Below are positions 9,957 through 19,547 of a stretch of DNA of 64,000 nucleotides, piece after piece. The notes beneath the pieces were generated by a model. The model saw only the letters and a list, made by a program, of their open reading frames with translations, did not search any database and was not told where the DNA came from. The stretch lies in contig CAWBJJ010000002.1 of assembly GCA_963789135.1 (NCBI GenBank), positions 471,736-535,735 of the forward strand, in the 5' to 3' direction. Source of the DNA: an uncultured Acidobacteriota bacterium (GTDB lineage: Bacteria > Actinomycetota > Acidimicrobiia > Spongiisociales > ZC4RG35). Made by a program: the position numbers and the translations under genes. Position 1 is the first letter of the stretch. Each line of letters starts with the position of its first letter.

Positions 9957-10551
9957 TCACTCGAGCAAGGAATCGATCCACCCGCCGCGAGGATGTCTTC
10001 GCGCCGATTCCAGGTCGATCGGTGTGTCCAGGTCGTGCAGAAGCCCGCAGCGAGTAACCACCACCGCGTCGGGAAGAGCCTGGAGGTGGCGATGAAAACT
10101 GGCGGTCCCGTATCGAAAGGCCGGCACTCCGCTTGCGACTCCGAGAGCCGATGTGCCTCCATCAGATGAGGGGGCGATGACGCCTCGAGCGGTGGACAGG
10201 GCGTCGAGGAGCGAGGCGACGTCGGCGGCCTGTAGCAGCGGCAGGTCGGCGTGAATCACCACCCAATCCAACGACCGCTCGACACACCACCCGGCCCCGG
10301 CGCCGGCTGCGCCGTTCAGGCCGGTTCCCGGGTCGGGCACGACCTGGAACCCGCTCCGGTCGGCCCAGGAGGTGACTTCCTCATCCCCGGCGACGATCAA
10401 CGGTTCCATCCCGGCCTCGAGGGTGGTCGCCGCGGTTCTGGCGGCTAGGGCCATGCCCAGGTCGACGCGCTCCTTGGCCGACCAGAGCCTCAGCGAGGCG
10501 ATTCTTCCCAAGGGAGAATTGCTTCACCGGGATGACGGCCACGGCGGGCAT
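9957..10551 (-). pseudogene. cofC: 2-phospho-L-lactate / phosphoenolpyruvate guanylyltransferase (F420 biosynthesis), frame-shifted near 10482-10483
   Basis: ATG at 10551 opens MPAVAVIPVKQFSLGKNRLAEAL (the IPVK..K.RL signature), which then runs out of frame. The rest (SAKERVDLGMALA...VIHADLPLL...DGGTSAL) is in track ORF 9957..10511. Confidence 0.7.
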
Positions 10552-10577
10552 CGGACGTGTCGCCGCCAGTCAGTCGA

Positions 10578-11018
10578 TCAGGGGACGACCAGCACCGGGA
10601 TGGGCGACTGATGGCAGAGGCGGTCGGCCACGGAGCCCAGCATGACCCGTTCGGCGAGACCGGCGCCGCGACGTCCGATTACGATCACACCCGCCTCATT
10701 GGCCTTCGCCACGGCGATCAAGCGAGAATGGGGGTCGCCGAGTTCCTCGACCGTCTCGTACTCGACGCCTTCGAGGTCGAGGGAGCCCTCCAGCTGGTTG
10801 AGGATCTCCGACTGGCCTTCAGCGAGGGCCGTAGACAGGGCTTCGGGCGAGGGCGGCGCGCCCCCGAGGCCCCACCATCCCTCCGGTGTCCGCACCACGA
10901 GCACCAGATACACCTTTACCTTCCAGAGCCGGGCGAGGGCCACCCCGTGCTCCGCGGCGAGTCGACTGGTCTCAGAGCCGTCGACTCCGACCACGACCGA
11001 TTGGGGTTGCCAGTTCAT
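10578..11018 (-). CDS. Universal stress protein (UspA family)
   Basis: VVVGVDGSETSRLA...VIVIGRRGAG...LGSVADRLCHQSPIPVLVV. ATG at 11018 with a GGAGGTGA SD. Confidence 0.85.
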   Translation of the reverse strand: MNWQPQSVVVGVDGSETSRLAAEHGVALARLWKVKVYLVLVVRTPEGWWGLGGAPPSPEALSTALAEGQSEILNQLEGSLDLEGVEYETVEELGDPHSRLIAVAKANEAGVIVIGRRGAGLAERVMLGSVADRLCHQSPIPVLVVP

Positions 11019-11082
11019 CCCTTCACCTCCGGCGCACAAGTTAGGCGTTCTTTGGAGACCATCCGAAGCCGGTAGACAGGCG

Positions 11083-11541
11083 TTACTGCAGGACCAGGCG
11101 GAGGATGTGGCCCGAGGCGAGGCCGTACAACCCGGCTACGAGGTCGTCAGCGGTGATTCCCCAGGCGCCGGGCAGGCTCTCGGCTTGAGCCACGCCGGTG
11201 GCCTTGCTCTTGGCGATGTCGGCCACCCTGAACACGACGAAGGCCAGGATCGCCGGCCAGCCCAGCAGCCCGATGGTGGCGAGAAGGGTGCCCGCGGCCT
11301 CGTCGATCACGATCCAACCGGCGTCACCGACCTCGGATGCCAGGGATCGCGTCGACCAGATCGCAGCCAGTGTGACGAGCAGGGTCGCGGTCAGCTGGCC
11401 CACCCAGCCGAAAGTGACGCCGATCCAGAGCGAGAGCAGCAACGCCACCAAACTCCCGACTGTCCCCGACCCGGCGTCGGATCCCCGCACCCGATGCAGC
11501 AGCAGGCCTGAGCCCAAGAAGGAGGCAACCAGCCGGTGCAT
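11083..11541 (-). CDS. pgpA: Phosphatidylglycerophosphatase A
   Basis: FLGSGLL...GSGTVGSL...IVIDEAAG...DIAKS pattern with TM helices. ATG at 11541. The upstream 105 codons of the track ORF are rejected. Confidence 0.75.
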   Translation of the reverse strand: MHRLVASFLGSGLLLHRVRGSDAGSGTVGSLVALLLSLWIGVTFGWVGQLTATLLVTLAAIWSTRSLASEVGDAGWIVIDEAAGTLLATIGLLGWPAILAFVVFRVADIAKSKATGVAQAESLPGAWGITADDLVAGLYGLASGHILRLVLQ

Positions 11542-11613
11542 GTGGGGCGAGGTTAGATCCCGGTGCTTTTCCCGATTCGAGATTTCTCTCACAGCGACAG
11601 CAGTTAGCCTTTG

Positions 11614-12530
11614 ATGATGGAACCGGCATCCAAGATATGGGTGGACGGCGAGTTCGTCGACTGGGACGACGCAAACGTCCACTTCCTCTCGCACGCGCTT
11701 CATTACGGCACGGGGGTCTTCGAAGGGATCCGCGCCTACAAGACGCCGGAGGGCACCGCCGTATTCCGTCTCCACGACCACATGATCCGGATGCTCGCAT
11801 CCGCGCGCTATACGCCATTCCGATGAAATGGTCCGTCGACCAGCTCGACGAGGCATGCCTCGAGTTGCTCCGGGTGAACGAGCTGGAATCGGCCTACATC
11901 CGCCCGCTCTCCTTCTATGGAGCAGGGTCCTTCGGCATCAACCCTGCGTCGCTCCCAGTGCACACTTTCATGGCCGCCTTCTATCTCGGGAGCTATCTCG
12001 GCGAAGAGGGAATCCAGAAGGGCATCACAGCGATGGTCTCCAGCTGGCGCCGGATCTCGCACACCAGCTTCATCCCAACTGCCAAGGGCAGCGGCCAGTA
12101 CCTCAACTCGGTGCTCGCCAAACAGGAGGCGGTCCAGAACGGGTTCGACGAGGCGATCATGCTGAACGACGGAGGGTCGCTCTCCGAGGGCAGCGGGATG
12201 AACCTTTTCACCGTGAGTCGGGGAATCGTCTACACGCCTCCGGTGTCGGCCGGGATCCTCGAGGGAATCACCAGGAACTGTGTGATCGACCTTCTCCGCG
12301 GCGAGGGAGTCGAGGTCAAGGAGATGGAACTGGCGCGGGGAAGCCTCTATGTGGCTGACGAGGTGTTTCTCACCGGGACCGCGGCCGAAGTGACCCCGAT
12401 TCGGGAGATCGATCGTCGCATGGTTGGCACCGGCGAGCCAGGCCCGGTCACCCGGCGGGCTCAGGAGCTGTTCTCCGACGCGGTCGCCGGAAAGCTGTCC
12501 GACTACAAGGACTGGTTGACCTTCATCTGA
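11614..12530 (+). pseudogene. ilvE: Branched-chain amino acid aminotransferase, frame-shifted near 11806-11808
   Basis: N-terminus (IWVDGEFVDWDDANVHFLSHALHYGTGVFEGIRAY...RLHDHMIRMLASAR) is in ORF 11611..11826. The rest (LYAIPMKWSVDQL...YIRP...GSGMNLF...TGTAAEVTPI) is in ORF 11637..12530. It aligns with E. coli SAKIYRFPV if one C is restored. Confidence 0.9.
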
Positions 12531-13009
12531 TGGGTCAACAGCCCAACTTGGAGATCTCCGAGGCGCAGCGCCCGAGTCCGACTCCGGAGACCCCACCGGC
12601 GCGGAGCTGGCGGCCGACCAAGCCCGGAGTCATCACACGACCCGAGGACGTGCCCCAGGGGGGTTCTTTCGGGCAGGCCGGCCCAGATGCGGGTTGGGCT
12701 CTCCGGCTCCTTGCCGGTGCAGAGTTGCCTGATGAGGATCCCGACCTCAAGGCCGTGCTCGCATCCCTGATGACGGCCCGTGCCGCGGCGTCGGGCCGGG
12801 CACCCATCCTGGAGGATCTCGAGGTTGCCCTGGTGCTCTGTGGCTACGGGTTCGAAGCACCCGATGACGTGATCGAGCGACGAGAGCGATGGAAGGCTGC
12901 GGTTCCCCACGAGACCAGGCCGGGTCACACCGCAGTCGCCGAGACCGATCTCGAGCTGATCGTCAACAAGCCCGAGCAGGTTCGCTGGGCCTTGAGCCAC
13001 TCGGACTGA
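12530..13009 (+). CDS. Hypothetical protein
   Basis: 159-aa ORF whose ATG overlaps the ilvE stop (TGATG). The composition is protein-like, unlike the overlapping antisense ORF. No family recognised. Confidence 0.5.
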   Translation: MGQQPNLEISEAQRPSPTPETPPARSWRPTKPGVITRPEDVPQGGSFGQAGPDAGWALRLLAGAELPDEDPDLKAVLASLMTARAAASGRAPILEDLEVALVLCGYGFEAPDDVIERRERWKAAVPHETRPGHTAVAETDLELIVNKPEQVRWALSHSD

Positions 13010-13051
13010 ACCTGGGGCGGCCTGGCCACCGTCGGCTAGCGTCCCACCCCC

Positions 13052-15232
<2,181 letters not shown>

Positions 15233-15277
15233 ACACCTCGGGTATGGCGTCCCGCTCCGGTAACCTCATGCCCTCCG

Positions 15278-15350
15278 GGTCCCGTCGTCCAGAGGCCTAG
15301 GACGCCGGCCTTTCAAGCCGGAAACGCCGGTTCGAATCCGGTCGGGACTA
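15278..15350 (+). tRNA. tRNA-Glu (anticodon UUC)
   Basis: Manual cloverleaf: acceptor GGTCCCG/CGGGACT, D arm GTCC-AGAGGCCTA-GGAC, anticodon arm CCGGC-CTTTCAA-GCCGG, T arm GCCGG-TTCGAAT-CCGGT, discriminator A. Resembles E. coli tRNA-Glu. CCA is not encoded. Confidence 0.9.
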
Positions 15351-15359
15351 CCCAGAACA

Positions 15360-15887
15360 ATGTCCAACGAATCCGTTCTCGTCCTCAGCAACTCCTTCGC
15401 CATCCTGGCAATCCTTTGCCTTGTGGCGTCTGCCGGCTTGATCATCTACCGACTGGCCAAGGGGCCGGAGGCTGCCGGCCTCCTCGGGGGCAGTGCCATC
15501 TGGCTGGCTTTCGCCGTTGCCCTGGTGGCCACCGTCGGCTCGCTCGTCTATTCCGAGGTGATCCATTTCGTCCCCTGCCGGCTTTGCTGGTTCCAACGAA
15601 TCGCGATGTACCCGCTATCTGTGATTCTGCTGGTGGGAGCGATCCGCAAGGAGGCGGTGGTCAAGTACTACGGGTTGCCGCTGGCCTTGATCGGCCTGGC
15701 GGTCTCCGTCTATCACAATCTCGTGCAGTTCTTCCCGAGCATGGAGGGCGGCTCCTGCGATCCGCTGAATCCCTGCTCGGCGCGCAGCGTCGCGGTCTTC
15801 GGATTCATCGACCTGCCTTTTATGGCCGGCGCCGGGTTTATCGTTATCGCCGTCTTGCTCGCCTTCTACACGAAAGCCTCCGAATGA
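15360..15887 (+). CDS. Disulfide bond formation protein (DsbB/BdbC family)
   Basis: Four TM helices, CxxC in the first loop (PCRLCWFQR) and a second Cys pair (GGSCDPLNPC). Confidence 0.8.
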   Translation: MSNESVLVLSNSFAILAILCLVASAGLIIYRLAKGPEAAGLLGGSAIWLAFAVALVATVGSLVYSEVIHFVPCRLCWFQRIAMYPLSVILLVGAIRKEAVVKYYGLPLALIGLAVSVYHNLVQFFPSMEGGSCDPLNPCSARSVAVFGFIDLPFMAGAGFIVIAVLLAFYTKASE

Positions 15888-16543
15888 CCCAAAAGACCAA
15901 GAAGCCGGCTGCGGGAAACACCGCGCCCAGAAATCTCTCGATCCTGTGGTGGAGCCTCGGAGGACTGGTCGGTCTGGGATTGATCGTTTGGCTGGCAACC
16001 TCGATCGCCACCGAGCAGGAGGTCGATCCGGGGATCGCATTCGGCACCCCGACCGTCGAAGGCGAAGCACTCCCGGTCTATGCGACCGGAGAGGAAGATG
16101 CCGCCACCGGGGTGACCGCTCCTTCCTCGCAGGGTGCGGATTGGAACGACAACCCGGTGACCATCGAGCCCGACGGAACTCCGAAGATCGTGGTGTTCCT
16201 CGCTCACTGGTGCCCCCACTGCCAGGCCGAAGTACCGGTCATCCAGCAATGGATCGACGAGGGCAACCTCCCCGACGATGTGGAGATGATCTCGATCTCG
16301 ACTCTGGCCAACGAAGTGCGGGACAACTTCCCACCAAACGAGTGGCTCGAGGAGGTGGGTTGGACGCCGCCGGTGATGCTCGACGACGAGGTGGGAACGC
16401 TCGCGGTGAGCTACGGGCTCGGTGCCACGCCGATGTTCATGGTCCTGGACGGTGAGAACACCAACCTGTTGCGGGTCAGCGGCGAGCTCACCACCGAGGG
16501 CTTGGACCAACTGGTCGAAATCGCTCAGGGCTCGATCGAATAG
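15884..16543 (+). CDS. TlpA/ResA-family thiol-disulfide oxidoreductase (membrane-anchored thioredoxin fold)
   Basis: N-terminal TM anchor and WCPHC active site. ATG at 15884 is in an ATGA overlap with the DsbB-like gene. The track ORF 15416..16543 is over-extended. Confidence 0.85.
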   Translation: MTQKTKKPAAGNTAPRNLSILWWSLGGLVGLGLIVWLATSIATEQEVDPGIAFGTPTVEGEALPVYATGEEDAATGVTAPSSQGADWNDNPVTIEPDGTPKIVVFLAHWCPHCQAEVPVIQQWIDEGNLPDDVEMISISTLANEVRDNFPPNEWLEEVGWTPPVMLDDEVGTLAVSYGLGATPMFMVLDGENTNLLRVSGELTTEGLDQLVEIAQGSIE

Positions 16544-16546
16544 CGA

Positions 16547-16987
16547 TCAGGCTTCCAGCGACCTGACCTTCTCCAACCGGCGGACGTGACGCTCGTCACG
16601 GCTGAATTTGGCGTCGAGGAAGGTGGTGATCAGGTCCTCGGCAAGGGCCTCGCCGATCACCCTAGAGCCGAGGCAGATGACGTTGACGTCGTCGTGCTCC
16701 ACCATCTGATGTGCGGTGTAAGTGTCATGAGCTACCGAGGCCCGAATCCCGTTCAACTTGTTGGCCGCGACTGAGGCACCGGCTCCCGATCCGCAGATGA
16801 TGATCCCGCGATCGGCGCGGCCGTCGAGCACAGCCTGACCCACCGCTGCTGCATAGTCGGGATAGTCGACCGGCTCGGGTGAATGGGTCCCTAGGTCGTA
16901 TACGGCGTGCCCCGACTCGGCGAGCCAGGAGGCGAGATGTTCCTTCATGTGAAATCCGGCGTGATCGGCGCCGAGTGCGATTCTCAT
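16547..16987 (-). CDS. rpiB: Ribose-5-phosphate isomerase B
   Basis: [12 protein letters not shown]...[17 protein letters not shown]...[26 protein letters not shown]. Confidence 0.9.
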   Translation of the reverse strand: MRIALGADHAGFHMKEHLASWLAESGHAVYDLGTHSPEPVDYPDYAAAVGQAVLDGRADRGIIICGSGAGASVAANKLNGIRASVAHDTYTAHQMVEHDDVNVICLGSRVIGEALAEDLITTFLDAKFSRDERHVRRLEKVRSLEA

Positions 16988-17070
16988 GGCCCGGGGCAGA
17001 GTAGCCACCCTCCCAACTCCGACTCGGACCAACCTGAGGTTGGGGTCGGCGGCTGGTTACATGCGAGGCA

Positions 17071-18321
17071 ATGTCTGCGATCGTGGTCGAGGGTGGAGCG
17101 CGCCTCCAGGGCACTGTGGGCGTTCGCGGCGCCAAGAACGCGGTCCTCAAGGAGATGGTGTCCGCCCTGCTCGCGCCCGGGCGGCACCGCCTGACAAACG
17201 TCCCATCGATCCTCGACGTCGAGTTGATGTGCCAGGTCCTAGAGCACATCGGTTGTCGGGTCGAGCAGGGCGACCATGAGCTCTGGGTCGTGGTGCCTGA
17301 CGAGATCATCCCGGAAGCGCCGATCGAGCTCGTCCGCCAGATGAGGGCCTCGATCGTCGTTCTCGGTCCCCTTCTGGCTCGGGCCGGGGAGGCGAGAGTG
17401 GCGTTGCCCGGCGGCGACGACCTCGGGGCTCGGCCCATCGACATGCACCTAAGCGGCCTGGAGTCGATGGGGGCGAGTTTCGAGCTGGTCCACGGCGAGC
17501 TGGTCGGGCGGGTGGAGGGACGGCTCAAGGGCACCGAGATCGAACTGCCCTTTCCCTCGGTGGGCGCCACCGAGAACCTGCTCTTCGCAGGAGTCATCGC
17601 AGAAGGCGAGACGGTGATTGTCAATGCGGCCCGCGAGCCGGAGATCCAGGACCTGATCAGTCAGCTGGTGGCGATGGGGGCCGACATTCGGGGTGGCGGC
17701 ACCTCGTTGGTGACCGTCGTAGGTGTGGAGTCTTTGAGCCCGGTGGAGCACAGAGTCATACCTGACCGCCTTGAGGCAGGGACCTACGCAGTCGGCGCCG
17801 CCATCACCGGGGGAGACGTCACCGTGACCGGGTGCTCCACCGCCGACCTCCGCATGGAGCTGAAGAAACTCGAGGAGACCGGATGCGAGGTAGAGCGCGG
17901 CGATGGATGGCTTCGAGTCAAGGGGCCTGATCGACCCGAGCCGGTCGACTTCGCAACTTTGCCGTTCCCGGGGTTCCACACCGACATGCACCCCCAGATG
18001 GTCGCGCTGCTCTCCGTGGCCTCCGGGACATCGGTGATTACCGAGAATCTCTACGACTCACGCTTCCGGTACGTGGGTGAGCTGGCCCGGATGGGTGCTG
18101 ACATCACCACCGAGTCTCAGCACGCCATCGTTCGAGGCGTCGAAAGCCTTTCGGGTTGCCCGGTGCTGGCGCCGGACATCCGTGCCGGCGCCGCGCTCGT
18201 CCTGGCCGGGTTGAGGGCCGAGGGGACCACGAGGGTGACCGATGCCGAGCACATCGACCGCGGCTACGAGGACTTCACCGGCCGTCTCACTTCGCTGGGT
18301 GCCGTCATCGAGCGCGCCTGA
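17071..18321 (+). CDS. murA: UDP-N-acetylglucosamine 1-carboxyvinyltransferase
   Basis: 416 aa. GAKNAVL, LPGGDDLGARPID (Asp variant at the usual Cys position), GATENLL and TENLYDSRF motifs. Confidence 0.9.
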   Translation: MSAIVVEGGARLQGTVGVRGAKNAVLKEMVSALLAPGRHRLTNVPSILDVELMCQVLEHIGCRVEQGDHELWVVVPDEIIPEAPIELVRQMRASIVVLGPLLARAGEARVALPGGDDLGARPIDMHLSGLESMGASFELVHGELVGRVEGRLKGTEIELPFPSVGATENLLFAGVIAEGETVIVNAAREPEIQDLISQLVAMGADIRGGGTSLVTVVGVESLSPVEHRVIPDRLEAGTYAVGAAITGGDVTVTGCSTADLRMELKKLEETGCEVERGDGWLRVKGPDRPEPVDFATLPFPGFHTDMHPQMVALLSVASGTSVITENLYDSRFRYVGELARMGADITTESQHAIVRGVESLSGCPVLAPDIRAGAALVLAGLRAEGTTRVTDAEHIDRGYEDFTGRLTSLGAVIERA

Positions 18322-18425
18322 GCAATTTCGGACCGTGGGGTTCGCATATCGACCTTTTCGGTCTCGATTTGGGGAGGCCGTAGACTCCTGGAACACATGA
18401 GGCTGTCAACAGGTTCAACTTCGAG

Positions 18426-18794
18426 ATGACCCAGGCAACACCCGTCACTATTTCAACCACGCCCCAGCCGGGCGACGGGACCATCGACCACGACAAGCTG
18501 GTCGAAACTCTTGATTACATCCGGCCGGCGGTCCAGTCGGACGGGGGCGACCTGGTGCTGCTCGGAACCGAAGGGGGCACCGTCAATCTTCAGATGGTTG
18601 GTGCCTGTGGGGGTTGCCCGCTCTCGATGATGACCCTCAAGTCGGGCATCGAGCGGATCCTCATCGAAAGGGTGCCCGGGGTCACCGAGGTCAACGCCAG
18701 CGCCGATGCCCCGGTCCTGGAGGAGGACGTGATCTCGCACCACGGTGGCATCGACTTGCCCGGTCATCTCATGCACTCCCCGGGCCCAGCCTGA
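18426..18794 (+). CDS. NifU-like (Nfu C-terminal domain) Fe-S cluster protein
   Basis: IRPAVQSDGGDLVLLG...VNLQMVGACGGCPLSMMTLKSGIERIL. Confidence 0.8.
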   Translation: MTQATPVTISTTPQPGDGTIDHDKLVETLDYIRPAVQSDGGDLVLLGTEGGTVNLQMVGACGGCPLSMMTLKSGIERILIERVPGVTEVNASADAPVLEEDVISHHGGIDLPGHLMHSPGPA

Positions 18795-18815
18795 TCCGGG
18801 GATGATCATCCGCCG

Positions 18816-19547
18816 GTGAGCTCCGACGAGCTGATCGAGCGCGTTTCCGACCGCGACAGGGTCGCCCTGGCTCGGTTGATCACAATGCTCGAGTCCGGCG
18901 ATTCCGCAGCCCGAGCCGCCGTTGATCGGCTCGACCCCTCGACCGGTGCGAAGCGGATTGGAGTCACCGGCCCTCCGGGCGCCGGCAAGTCCACCTTGGT
19001 CAGCGCCATGATCGAGGAACTGCGGGCACGGGGTCTGACTGTCGCAGTGCTCGCAGTCGATCCCTCCAGCCCGATCACCGGAGGGGCCCTTCTCGGTGAT
19101 CGGATCCGCATGCAGGATCACATCGAGGATCCTGGGGTTTTCATCCGATCCATGGCGAGCCGGGGCCATCTCGGCGGGCTGGCGGTTGCTGCCGGGGCAA
19201 TCATCGGACTGCTGGCCCATGCCGGATTCGATCAGGTGCTGGTGGAGACTGTCGGAGTCGGCCAATCCGAAGTGGAAGTGATGGACCACGTCGATCTGGT
19301 GGTGCTGGTAGTGGCGCCGGGATGGGGCGACCAGATCCAGATCGAGAAGGCCGGCGTCCTCGAGATCGCCGATGTGGTGGTCGTCAACAAGGGCGATATC
19401 CCCGGCGCCGACAGCTTGCGGCAGACCTTGCTGGCATCGAAGCCTGAGCAACAGATGGTCCTGGCCACGACCGCGGCCACCGGTGAAGGAGTTGGGGAGT
19501 TGGTCGAGTCGATACTCGGGGAGATCAGTCCACGATCCCCTGGCTGA
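18816..19547 (+). CDS. meaB: MeaB/ArgK-family G3E GTPase
   Basis: P-loop GVTGPPGAGKST, AVDPSSPITGGALLGDRIRM, ETVGVGQSE and VVNKGD. Shorter than typical, since the C-terminal dimerisation arm is absent. Confidence 0.8.
   Translation: MSSDELIERVSDRDRVALARLITMLESGDSAARAAVDRLDPSTGAKRIGVTGPPGAGKSTLVSAMIEELRARGLTVAVLAVDPSSPITGGALLGDRIRMQDHIEDPGVFIRSMASRGHLGGLAVAAGAIIGLLAHAGFDQVLVETVGVGQSEVEVMDHVDLVVLVVAPGWGDQIQIEKAGVLEIADVVVVNKGDIPGADSLRQTLLASKPEQQMVLATTAATGEGVGELVESILGEISPRSPG

Noticed and set aside
15233-15277. A possible second tRNA (tRNA-Gln often precedes tRNA-Glu after gltX in actinobacteria)
   Set aside because: Only 45 nt are available and no cloverleaf can be drawn.
16725-17624. 299-aa minus-strand ORF
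   Set aside because: It overlaps rpiB in another frame and is antisense to murA. It has shadow-ORF composition.
18322-18425. A possible terminator or leader between murA and the nifU-like gene, including a 10-codon uORF ending in an ATGA overlap
   Set aside because: The hairpin (tcgacc-tttt-cggtctcga) is imperfect, and the uORF lacks a Shine-Dalgarno sequence. The support is too weak to report as a feature.
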